Source: Octopus vulgaris (taxonomy: Eukaryota). Taken from it: a stretch of DNA of 64,000 bases. Both the position numbers and the translations under genes were made by a program. The notes under the pieces were generated by a model, which worked only from the letters and a program-made list of their open reading frames with translations, was not told the origin of the DNA and did not search any database. How positions within the stretch are numbered: position 1 is the stretch's first letter; each line of letters opens with the position of its first letter. The stretch lies in the NCBI GenBank assembly GCA_951406725.2, contig OX597822.1, positions 84,382,001-84,446,000 on the forward strand. The letters run 5' to 3'. This document shows, piece by piece, positions 24,605 to 36,848 of this stretch.

Positions 24605-27095
24605 ATGATGGCCATCTGCTCGTGACCAAAGAAGATCATTGCTGACCTTTAAGGAACATTGTGCGCTCTAGAACTAACTTATATTTTGCATTTGCAGCTC
24701 CGTTAGTGGCTAATGAGCCCTGCTCTTGACAAGCATACCTGACTGCAAACACTGCACACCAAGCTTTTCTCATTCACTATGCTAGGACTGTGCTTTTGAG
24801 CTGCAAGCTTAAATTCTTCATGCAGAATACATGCTCTCTCAAAGGTATCAACTCCCTCCTTAAACTGCTTCTTTCATCTGTAGTGATGACAAGCATTGCT
24901 CTCCCAGTCAGTCTCCTGCATATCACAGGCCTTTAATGAGGACTTTACTCAGTCCTTAAATTACAGTCTTGGCTTCTGCTGGGGTCTCTTTCCACAAACA
25001 AGTTCCCCATGTAGCATCTGCTTAGGGATCCTGCTATCCTTCATTTTAATAAGGTGTCCAGCACAACATAACTGATGCTTGTGCACCATCACCTCGATAC
25101 TCAAGATATCCGCTGTTCTCAGGACCTTGTGTGTCTGGATTTTTTAAGGCCAAGCCAACATTCACAATGTGCCTCAGACATCTCTGATGAAAGCGTTCAA
25201 GGACCCTTACACGACGTTTGTAGAGAGTCCATGTCTCACATGAGTAAAGGAGCAATATCAGTACACATGTCTTGCAAACAACTTGCACATGCAAGTGCTA
25301 CCAGTTAAAAGCTCCGTATATCGGAAGCTAGCAAGTGTATGGGGTCATCAGGAGAGAATGCGTGCCGTTTCGGCGCCTACCTCTCGACGGCATCAATGCG
25401 CACCGGCCCCCCCTCACTGATATGAGGCCCCGCTTGCTAGATCAGCTGGTTATGAAGAACTCAATATACTTCTAGCCATCGCTCATCGTCTCTTTTTAAC
25501 CAAATCCAGTGGCTAGCCTTCTCCACTGTAGATTGGATATCAGTCATGGTGGTATTGACTTTACGATGAGTTAGGCCTAATGATAACAACAGTCGTCTCA
25601 CGCTGTGTCCTACAAACCCTCTACATCCGACTTCGATAGGAAAATGTTCCGCTTTCCAGCCTGCGTCTTCACATTCCTCGAGGAGGTTTTCATAACGGTT
25701 TAATTTTCGAGCTCGAGCGGCGTCCATATTATCTTCGTGAGGAACCGTTAGCTCGACTATATTTACAACTTTCTTTCTTTCACACCACATCAAAATATCT
25801 GGTTTTTTCAAAACTGGGATGGGAAAGAAAACCTGGCACCCAGGTAAATCTGCAGTTACCTCCCAATAGCCGTTCCACTTTTCATTTTTCTCAGGAAGTT
25901 TCTTGGTCTTCTTCTTGAAACGGATCTGCTGACCTGGTCGCACGAAAGTAATGAACTCTCTTGATGGTACTTTTAACGATTTTTCCTCAGTGTTGTTGAG
26001 ATGAATTTGGTTCTTTATAGCATTGAAGATAACCTTAAGGACCAAGTTGTGCCTCCATGTGTACCTGTTCAATGCTAATGAACAGTTGGAAAGAATATGT
26101 TTTAGTGTACCGACTTTTCTACATTTGCAGATGTCATTCTCTAAGACGTTCCATCTTACTAGATTCGTAGGTGATGGCAAAACATCATAAGATGAATGAA
26201 TCAGGAAACTCAGCCGAGATGTCATCCACTTCCACATCTCATCCCAACTTATCTTCCTCTCAACAACATGTTCTTCCCATCTCGTCATCTGACCTTGATG
26301 AACACATCAGATCAAATGAAGCTCTCTTCTCTCTGCTTCTCTTGTTTTGACGCTGTTGCTAACAACAGATCTACGTTCACGCGGCATCATGCTTGCAAAC
26401 GGTCTGAACTGATCTGCGCCAAAACCAAATCCTTTCCCACCATATCTCTGTTGCTTTGTGATGCCATACTGGGACCAGACATGAGACTCAAGAGACCAGA
26501 AGGAATCAGTTGCTCTCTGCAACCTGAAAGATATTTCATCATCCAGAGAGCAAGAATGGCTGAGTGTGCTGCCCAAGTAGACAAACTTGTCTACCACTTT
26601 CAGTATTGCTCCTTCAAACTAGATAGCTGGTTCCACATATGGATTTCCTGGTGCAGGCTGGAACATTACAACAGTCTTGTCCAGGCTAATGCTGAGTCCA
26701 AATGCCTTGCAAGAAGCAGAAATACAATTCATAAGTATTTGCATGTCATCCACTGTATGAGTGACTAAGTCACAGTCATCTGCATAAAGGAGGTCACGAA
26801 TAAGAGACTTGAAAACTTTTTAATTGGTAGCAAACTGGCACAGATTAACACAGATTAAAGAGGAAGCCAGAAGATCGATACCTGACATATATCCCCATAG
26901 AACTAACCTTACCAATGTATGAGTAAAAGCAGCAGCAAAGTACAAAGGAAAAAGAGTTGGGGCAAGGATGTCACCCTGCTTGACACCATTCTCTACAGAA
27001 ATGGGTCCTGCCATGCCACCACCAACACTGACCCAAACCTCCATCCCATCATGAAATGATTTAATTATAGATATAAAGTGATCCAGATGGCCCAA
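24605..27095 (-). mobile_element. Decayed RTE/BovB-like LINE, interrupted by a nested RLE element
   Basis: GVKQGDILAPTLF, LLYADD, VDKFVYLGSTLS, LLYSCETWTLY..LERFHQRCLRHI; a related fragment lies at about 23390-23560. Confidence 0.88.
25290..26449 (-). mobile_element. 5'-truncated HERO-like non-LTR retrotransposon (CCHC knuckle plus restriction-like endonuclease)
   Basis: ORF 25461-26288: YDVLPSPTNL..W, C-x-C..GTLKHILSNC, RYTWRHN.VL, KPDI, ELTVPHE, K..RY, PIEVGCRGF; GC-rich structured 3' UTR. Confidence 0.85.
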
Positions 27096-28495
27096 TTACA
27101 TGGCTTCTACTATAGCCCCAGGCTGACTAAAACATTGAGAGTGGATTTGGTAGGTAGAAACTGAAAGAAGCCCATCATGTATATATATATATATATATTT
27201 ATATGTGTTTGTGTGTGTCTTTGTGTTTGTGCTGTCCTCTCCCACCACCACCACCACCACCACCATCACTTGACAACCGATGTAGGTGTGTTTATGTCCC
27301 TGAAACTTAGCAGTTTGGCAAAAGAGAGCGATAAAATAAGTACTAGGCTTACAAAGAATAAGTCCTGGGGTTGATCTGTTCAACTAAAGGCAGTGCTCCA
27401 GCATGGCCACTGTCAAATGATTGAGACATGTAAAAGAGAATACACACACACACACAGTGAAACAGATAAACTGATTTAAAAATTGCACAGAAAGTAGCAA
27501 TCTGAAAATTCACATACATTTGGTGGAGGATGGTGGGTGGTGGATACAGTGGCAGTGGTGTAAGATGTGTGTTTTGGCGTTGGCTGGTGTTGCTTGCGTA
27601 AATTGCATGTTTTCTCCCAGGAAAATGAGTGAAATTGCAGTTACTGCATACGCATAGTCCCTTGCATTGAGAAAACTGACATATTTTGGGGTATCATGCA
27701 TTTATAGATTTGATTTTATTTACAGTTGGCATATTTATCATGGAACTGTGAGGTATACATTCAAATTGAAGAGGAAAGTGGGGGGAAGGGGGGAAGAAAG
27801 GTGTGATAGTAGTAGTTGTTATGGTTGTATCAGTAGAATATTATGGCAATGATGATAATGATGATGATGGGTCAGTTGTAGTATTTAGAGAAGGTGATGA
27901 ATGTAGATAGCTGGACAGTGAAGGGCTTTCCATTGTGGAGTTTAATAGGTCATCAATTGTGCTAGTTTTGAGGAGTGACCGAACTGTTGGTCAGTGGTAT
28001 ATCTCTCTAGAGAATTTCCTTGGGAATTTTTTGACCAGCTTCACCAGCAAACATCCTGGACTTTTTTATTTTAAAATTTATTTTTGTCCTTTGTTCTTGT
28101 TTTGAGAAGAAACCTACCTTCATGGAACTTTTTACAGATCAATTTTTAGACACTATTTTCTAAACCTGGCAAAGTATGTAGTGGATACAAATTTTGATTT
28201 TGCACCTCTGAAAAATTTTAGGAGCTCTAAGTGTACCACCGGCACCTTCTGTTCCTGGGCCCTTGCATCTAACTGCACCAGCACAAACTCCCTCACCAGG
28301 ATATTACAACCTTTGGCCGACAAACATTCTGTTTCCTATTTCCCAAGTGTATCACTGCTATGAAAGCCTCCACTCCTCTGAAAATAGTTTGTTGTATACT
28401 ACCTACACTCAAGCCTACCAAAACATTATTTTCTTCTTTTTCCTCCTCTTGTCATTCTAACTGCGTCTTCTCCTCCCCCTCCAAGTACAAACTTC

Positions 28496-29122
28496 AGTAA
28501 ATTTTGGAAAGTACAACCGCACGCGTTTCACTAAGAAGGAAAAAAGCTTCAGATTTTTTGCACAGAATCAAGTATCCTGACCTCCTAATGTGCCACAAAC
28601 CCCTTATTTTTGTTCAGAAAAGGAAGGTGGGGTGGGGAATCGGAACCCTTGCCCCATCCCAGAATCATTGGAAATATTTTTAGCATAAAATATACACAAT
28701 ATAAATGTCAACATATTAATTCACATAGTACCAACTCGTAAATATTTATTTAATAACAAACCATGTGATCCACACTCTCGGAAACGTATTTCTGAAAATG
28801 TTGGGGTTGGGGTGGATAACATTTCCGAGTGTTCCACCCCACCCCAACCACCATTTCCCAGACCAAAAAAAGTGTTTTGTGACATATTAGGGGGTCACTG
28901 TAATTCATTTAACGCAAAAAAATATTCCAATGATCCCGGAATGTGTGTGTGTGCAGGGGTAAGGTTCGATCCCACCAACACCACCACTACCACTTTTTTC
29001 CGAACAAAAATAAGGGGTTTGTGCTACATTAGGCAGTCAAGGTACTTGATTCTATGCGAAAAATCCAAGGTTTTTTTTTTGTCTTAGTGCAACGCATGCA
29101 GGTGTACTTCCCAAAATTTACC
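28496..29122. mobile_element. MITE with long (about 150-200 bp) diverged TIRs
   Basis: AGTAAATTTTGGAAAGTACA.. / ..TGTACTTCCCAAAATTTACC; flanks CAAACTTC / CAAACTTG (7 of 8 match, candidate TSD). Confidence 0.8.
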
Positions 29123-30454
29123 CAAACTTGTAAAACCAATCCTTCTTTTACAGAGTTTCACCATTTCAATGAAATTTTCCCCTACTGATATTTTTTTCCG
29201 AAAGAGTTAATTTTTCGTCTGTCCACATAATTATACACACCTCAGTTTACTTGGCTGTCAGGAATTTTTCAGAAAATTACGAAAACATTTCAGAATGTTA
29301 CTTGAAATAAGTATAGTGACATCTTATCCAGAAAAATAAATAACGAAGTGTTAATAAACTTAAAATGATGAGCATAGCATCTAATGTCGAGGAGACAACT
29401 CAAAATCAAAAGCTTAAAATAAGTTCATGTGATATTTTCAAAAGGGTTCGTCTGTCTTTATGTTCTGAGTTCAAATTTCACCGAGGTCAACTTTGCCTTT
29501 CATCCTTCCGGAGTTGGTAAATTAAGTACCAGTTGTGTACTGAGGTCGATCTAATCGACTGGCTCCCCTCACCAAAAATATACCTAGAGTAGAAAATAAT
29601 ATTTTCTTAGGGGTGTTCTGAGAAACCCTTGTATTACTTTTTTTTTTAAATCTGAATTTCTAAAAGACAGAGTTCCTGTAATAAAATTTAACAAAAGTTT
29701 ATAAAGGAAAAAATGATATTCACTATTTCAAAATAAGTTGAATAATTTCTTTTACCATAATTACTTTTATTTCAATAATAAATCTCTGAACGAGGTACAA
29801 ACAATAGCTGCACGACAATGTGAAGTATATTTACCACTTAAATGTGGCTAACTACTAAGGGTGGATGCTACTCTACGCAAACACACATACATACACATGT
29901 ATATCATGGCCTTTCTTTCTGGCATAGTTAGAACAGTTTACCATAGTTCACATCAGTTCTTATTCCCCGTTGACCCTTCAAAGTAACTACTTTTCCTTCA
30001 TCTGTTTTCATTTTGCCATCATTTCTGACCTGGCCCTTTTCTAACACCAACCCCTTTACCGAGTGTGTTGAGTGCTTATGGTCCCCATACCACCCCTGGA
30101 CAGATTTTATGTTCTCAACAAGACAAAGTTAAGGATCCTCTTGACCTTATTGAAGCCTCTACTCATTTGTCAACCACTTCACAAAATGCACTGGTATAAT
30201 GATGCAGACATGTAAATGCATTCATGCACAGACATATTTGTGTGTGTGTGTTTGTAAATAGATATATATTTATATATGTCTATCTATCTATCTATCCATC
30301 TCTCTATCTATCTACCTATCTGTCTGTCTATTTATCTGTCTGTCTATCTATCTATCTAGCTATTTTATATGTGTGTCGTGTGTGTGTGTAAATAGATATA
30401 TATCTATATATGCATATCTATCTATCAACATATCCATATATCTATCTATCCATT

Positions 30455-30503
<49 letters not shown>

Positions 30504-30575
30504 CTATCTCTCTATCTATTTATCTGTCTGTTTGTCTATTTATCTGTCTATCTATCTAGCTATTTTATATATATA

Positions 30576-31474
30576 ATGGGTCATCCCATAAATAATGCAG
30601 CTTTTTATACTTTTATTTTTCAAAATTAAGATAAACAAAGTTCTTTTTCATCCTAAAATATACTCTCCTTCATTTTCTACAATGCTCTTGCATCTATCTG
30701 GTAGACTTGCAAGGCCCCTCTTCTAAAATTTACTTGTCCATGACGAAAAACACTCCTCCAGCACTGTTCTGACCTCGTCTACAAGATTCATATTTTTTTT
30801 CCATCCAAATGATTCTGAAGACAGCAGAATAAATGATAATAAAATGGGGCAATGTCTGGTGAAAATGGTGGGTGGGGAGAATGTTTCCCATTCAAACTGC
30901 CCCAGCCTTTGAAATGTCGTCCTCGCTGTATTTGGACAAGCATTATCCTGATGGAAGAACACCTTTCATCTTGAAACCAAAGACGGTTGTTTTCCTTCTA
31001 GTGCTGATTTCAATGACTGGTTGAATGACCAAATTCAATTTTCTCTGCTAGTTTTTCAGCAGTTACGATGAGATTTTGTACTGGCAGAGTATACAGGACG
31101 TCCTTGTCAAGCCCAACAGATCTTCCAGAACAAGGTTCATCTTGTAGGTTGAGGTTTCCAGCTCAGAATTTCTGGAACCACCATTGACACTGGCTTGTGT
31201 TTATTGTCTGATCCCCATAAACTGCATTAATATTCATCACACTTTCCATTGTGTTGTTGTCTTCATTGAACTCATAAAACAAAATATGCTGAATATGCTT
31301 CAAAAAATAACTGTTAAAATCGAACACTGCTCTCCAAAACTTACACTAAGAATAAGTACACAGTAAAATTATTCCTTACTTTTATAGCAAGTTGATGCAA
31401 GTAGTTTATCTCATTACCTTCTGACTTTTATTTCATGCAACTGAAAAATCCACATTATTTATAGGATGACCCAA
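30576..31474 (-). mobile_element. Internally deleted mariner element
   Basis: TIRs TGGGTCATCCCATAAATAATG / CATTATTTATAGGATGACCCA flanked by TA; transposase fragment FHQDNACPNTA (HDNARPH motif). Confidence 0.88.
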
Positions 31475-31593
31475 TAGAAACTCTGCCAGATCAAGATTGG
31501 AGCCTGGTGCAGCCATCTTGTTCGCCAGTCCTCAGTCAAATCATCCAACCCATGCCAGCATGGAAAGCGGACGTTAAACAATGATGACGATGA

Positions 31594-31713
<120 letters not shown>

Positions 31714-32851
31714 AGAAAGAGAGAAAAGGAGAGAGTGAAAGAACATGCTGCAGTCTTAAGGCTTGCCAACTCCTGTCAAATACACAAGTACACATATAGT
31801 GTGTGTGTGTGTGTGCACGTGTGTGCGTGAGTGTGCATGTGCGTGTTAGTGTGTGTGCGTGCGTGTGTAGGGTTGTTGGAACAAGCAGGAGGAATAAAAC
31901 TCAACAGATAAGAGTATGTATTTCCTCTTTGGTTGTAAAGTTAGAAAACTAATTCAAAAGCCAAGATTTCCATGCATTGCACTTGGTACCTGACTCCTGG
32001 ATGTAAATTTATCTGCTGAATATAGGCCTCAATCTCAGGAAGGCCTGTGGATCAGTGGTAAAGTGTTGCACTCACAATTGCCAGATTGCAGTTTCAATTC
32101 CTGTATCAAGCAGTGCATTGTGTTCTTGAGCAAAACACTTCATTTCAAATTGCTTCAGTTCACTCAGCTGCAAATGAGCAAATGTACAAAAGCCTGGGAT
32201 GTGGTGATCTCGGCCACTTATACACCATGGGAACCAAGTAACCAGGCTCGATGAATCCTAGGCCTTAAGACTCTACTTATATACTATATGTACGTTATAA
32301 AAATTAACGATAATAACAACAGCAAACATTGTTTGATATCTGAAATATTTCTCGATAAGTGTATCCAAAACGTTGACATTTGAAATCTCTTATCAGTTCC
32401 TCTTTACACCTTGAGACATAAATCTGACAACTGTACGATTTTATGAAACAATTAACGATTTTTTTTATTTTATTTATTTTTTCTTGTAAGTTATGCGTCA
32501 GTATGTGGATCTTAACCCTTACACACACACACATACACACAAACACACAAACATATGCACAAACAAGCACACACAAATACATACAAAACACACACACACA
32601 AACGAACAAACACACACACAAACGAGCAAGCACACACACACACACACAAACGAGCAAGCACACACACACACACAAACGAGCAAGCACACACACACACAAA
32701 CACAAACACACACACACTATACTTGCACATTCAAACTTCCCTGATTTTATGATTGAATTGATAAACATTAACAAGAATTTGATATTGAGCTATTTTGATA
32801 TTCACACTTTACAAACATCACTGGCTTCACACACACATACACACACACATA

Positions 32852-33030
32852 TATTACTCTTTAACAAGAATAACATTGACAGTTAACAGTGACTTTGAAG
32901 CTTTGGCCTGCCAAACCATCACCTGATTGACCAATGATGGCTTAGCTGACCAAAACAATATTATTCCAGTTAAAGAATAATAAATTTGTACTCTACCAAA
33001 GTATGGAGTGATCCTCAAGATAAATGTAAA
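32852..33030. mobile_element. Decayed Penelope-like fold-back element with 3' tail
   Basis: Imperfect inverted arms 32852-32982 then tail TTTGTACTCTACCAAAGTATGGAGT; a homologous single arm plus tail at about 46133-46240. Confidence 0.6.
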
Positions 33031-33136
33031 ACTGGTGCAGCCTCCTGGCTTGCCAGTCCTCAGTCAAACCATCCAACCCATGCCAGCATGGAAAGTGGAC
33101 TTTAAACGATGATGATGATGATGATGATGAGTTTAA

Positions 33137-33357
33137 CCCTTTAGTGTTCGTATTATTCTGCCAAAATTAATCCTTTTTTGTCCACATTGCCTTGAACTAA
33201 TCAGGCATTATCTTGGTGCTATGAGAATTTGATGAGGTATCTGTTAATTTTTAAAACGATATTGTAGGGTTGGTTTGAGAGACCAGATCTGGCCAGTTTG
33301 AACATAAAACAGGTAGAATACTTTTGGCCAGATATGGCCAGTTTAAATGCTAAAGGG
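33137..33357. mobile_element. piggyBac-type MITE
   Basis: TTAA|CCCTTTAG ... CTAAAGGG|TTAA. Confidence 0.85.
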
Positions 33358-33822
33358 TTAAATCCTGCAAGCTTGATTTTACCATTCATCTTTGAAGGGT
33401 AGCAATTTGTGGCTGTGTCCCAACCATAGAAATTATTGTTAATGTAGAAGCATCAGGCAGCAAGCTGACAGAATCATTAGCACACCGGTCAAAATGCTTA
33501 GGGCAGTATTTTGTCTGTCTTTATAATCGGAGTTCAAATTCTGCTGAGGTCAACTTTGCTTTTCATCCTTTCAGGGTTGATAAATTAAGTACTAGTTGAG
33601 TATCAGGATCAATGTAATTGAATCACCCACTTGCCCGAAATTGCTGGCCTAGTGCCAAAATTTGAAACCAATATAGAATTGTAAGGCAGTAAACTGACAG
33701 AGCCATTAGCATGCCAGGCATAATGCTTAGTGGCATTTTATCTGTCTTTAATACTGTGAGTTCAAATTCTGTCACACTCAGCTTTGCTTTTTGTCCTTTC
33801 AGAGTCAACAGTATGAGTACCA

Positions 33823-34120
33823 GTTGAACCCTAGGGTCAATGTAATTCATCTGAACCATAGGGTCAATGTAACTGACCTGAACCCTAGGCTCAACGTAAT
33901 TCACTTGAACCCTAGGCTCAACGTAATTAATTTGAACCCTAGGGTCAACATAATTGACTTGAACCCTAAGGTCAACGTAATTGACTTGAACCTTAGGGTC
34001 AATGTAATTGACCTGAACTTTAGGGTCGATGTAATTGACCTGAACCTTAGGGTCAACATAATTGACTTGAACCATAGGGTCAACATAATTGAATTGACCC
34101 TAGGGTCAACATAATTGACT
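33823..34120 (+). repeat. 27-bp tandem array (about 11 copies) inside a family B SINE
   Basis: Unit TTGAACCCTAGGGTCAACGTAATTGAC; gives the spurious (VNYVDPRVQ)n ORF. Confidence 0.9.
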
Positions 34121-34549
34121 TGCCCTCCCTTGAAATTGATGGCTTTGTGCTAAAATTTGAAAGTAATGTTATAAAATGGTTATTTAGACCAGTTCCAGCT
34201 CAATTGTACAAATTTAAAATCAAAGACATTCTTCCTAAGACTGTCCTATTTTCTCTCTTTTTTTCTCTCCAAAAACTGCATCAAGGGTATCATTTGCTGT
34301 GACTGAATATCCTGACCCTTCTAGTAGCCATTCATACTATGAACTGGATGTAGAACTGACTCGTACTTTACTCAGGGGCAAAGCACATGAATGAAGTATG
34401 AGGATCTTTTTTTAGTACAAGTTGCAAGAACATAGGAGCATGTCAGAACACATCTGAGGAAAATAACGAATTATTCTTTAATTTAACAAATTGTTCGATA
34501 CACAAAATACATAATGAATCACTGTTTTGGTTTTATACTTTTTCATATA

Positions 34550-34852
34550 CGAGGGGGAGTCAAAAAGTAATGCCATTTTGTTTAGGACAGGTATAATTAC
34601 CAACACAGGGACATGTATCATACATCAAAATGAAGCTGATCCTCTGTGGATCACATCCCTACTTCTCAACATAGTTATCGTTTCTCTCAATAGCAATGTT
34701 CCTCCTTCGAATGAGAGTATGTATCCCTACCCCGTAAAATTCTGTTGATTGTTCTTTTGAGCCACTTCTTCACTACAGTTTTCACTTGCTCGTCACTGGA
34801 ATAATGTCTGCCTTTCAAACCCTCTTTCATGGGGCCGAAGAGATGATAGTTT
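34550..34852 (-). mobile_element. Mariner transposase 3' fragment with one TIR
   Basis: YHLFGPMKEGLKGRHYSSDEQVKTVVKKWL; TA|CGAGGGGGAGTCAAAAAGT end. Confidence 0.8.
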
Positions 34853-35129
34853 ATCTTAATTTTGAAAAATAAAAAAAAAAAAGAATTAAAAAAATGCATT
34901 ATTTATGGGATGACCCAATAGTTTAGAAAATAGTTCAGCAAGCATGGAAAAGTGGACGGTAAACAACAACAACGACAACGACGACGACAGCCATGCCTGC
35001 CTCCATTTTATGGTTGTATAGCCGCAATCAATATTTGTTATGCATCTGAGATAGATGTGGAAACACATACGTAGAAATCGTCCAGCTCAAAACCCTACAC
35101 GTCACTCATACTTTCAGTATCAAGATAAA

Positions 35130-35163
<34 letters not shown>

Positions 35164-35420
35164 AGGCTGTTGGTGACTTACACAGAATTACTCATGAGTA
35201 ACAGTATCGGGTGATTTTTATTCAATTGGTTATTTTTAACTGCTGAATTCTGTTGTTATTGCCAGCAACTCAACTGTGAAACAGATTTAGAATCTATTTT
35301 AATTGGTTACGAAAAACCGGACAGAGTTATGTGCCTTTCATACAGGCACAGAACAAGATTCGAATTTAGGGCAATCCTTTGGAGATGGTATCACAAAACT
35401 GAGAATGAAAATCATTTTGT

Positions 35421-35805
35421 TTTACTCTTTTACTTGTTTCAGTCATTTGACTGTGGCCATGCTGGAGCACCACCTTTAGTGGAGCAAATCGACCCCAGGA
35501 CTTATTCTTTATAAGCCTAGTACTTATTCGGTCTCTTTTGCCGAACCGCTAAGTGACGGGGACGTAAACACAACACATCAGCGTCGGTTGTCAAGTGATG
35601 TTGGGGGGGGGGGGGACAAACACAGTCACACATACATATATACGACGAGCTTCTTTCAGTTTCTGTCTACCAAATCCACTCACAAGGCTTTGGTCAGCCC
35701 GAGGCTATAGTAGAAGACACTTGCCCAAGGTGCCACGCAGCAGGACTGAACCCGAAACTATGTGGTTTGTAAGCAAGCTACTTACCACACAGCCACTCCT
35801 ACGCC
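35421..35805 (-). mobile_element. SINE family A, reverse orientation
   Basis: Reverse complement of the 7822 copy; other copies near 13918-14605(-), 14650, 27098, 39542(-), 40020, 49135, 54965(-), 56390(-). Confidence 0.88.
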
Positions 35806-36800
35806 TATAAGCTTAAAGAAATAGATCCCAAATATTTTTTTCCTCACAGCACAAATAAACAGACCAGGTAAAATCGCACACCATAAGTCATTATCATCAT
35901 CATCATCATCATTTAATATTTGCTTTTCCATACCTGTATAGGTCAAATGGAATTCATTGATGCAAATCTTCTACACATGGGTGTTCCTTCCTATCACCAA
36001 TGCTCACCTGTTTCTAAACAAAATAATATTTCTCCATGGTTAGACATGTTTGTCCATGAAAGACAGGAAATGAACAACCTCGCTTGTATGACGATGATGC
36101 TCATTTACAACCATCACGCGATGTACAGACAAAGGTACACACAATCACGTGGACACGCATATCATATACATCATCATCATCATTATCATTTAACATCTGT
36201 TTTCCATGCTGGCAATGGGTCGGGTGGTTTGGGAGTCTGTGGAAGAGGAAGACCTAGGAAGATGTGGGATGAAGTGGTGAGAAGTGATCTTCAGATGATG
36301 AACCTCAGAAAGGAGATGACAATGGAACAAGACATTTGGTGATTCGCTGTGTTAGAAGACCTGCCCAGCAAGGTAAAATCGAGGTCATAAAGGCATGTCC
36401 TTTATGTTTATGTCCCCCTGCCCCCACCCCATACATAATCTGGCCTTGGCAAACCTCTCCCCCACATCACATCTTCCCAACACCTCACCCTCACCTCCAC
36501 CCTTGTTCACCACTCCCCTCTTTCTCCCACTCTCCCTCACAAACCTACCTTCACACAATATGTCCATGCTGAATCTCTTCCCCCAAACACCCCCCATCCT
36601 ATTACCCCACCTACCCTCTAACTGCGCCCACTCACTACATCCCACACTCCCTTCCACCTCCCACTCCCCTTTTGCAGTCTTGCAAATTTACCCACCCATT
36701 CACCCTATCCAATCCCTGGCCCACTTTGCTACACACCCCTCCCTGTAACTTGGGTGCTCTCCCTCTCACATCTTCACCATCCTCTCTCTCTCTCTCTTTG

Positions 36801-36848
<48 letters not shown>

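Noticed and set aside
25311-26309. In-frame TGA plus SECIS-like 3' UTR suggesting a selenoprotein retroelement
   Set aside because: A GUGA/UGAU core can be drawn but the apical unpaired AA is absent. The TGA falls at a position not expected to be Cys, so a simple nonsense mutation is more likely
33623-34075. 150-aa repetitive ORF (VNYVDPRVQ)n and a CRISPR-like look
   Set aside because: Head-to-tail 27-bp tandem units derived from a SINE, with no unique spacers and no cas genes; eukaryotic context
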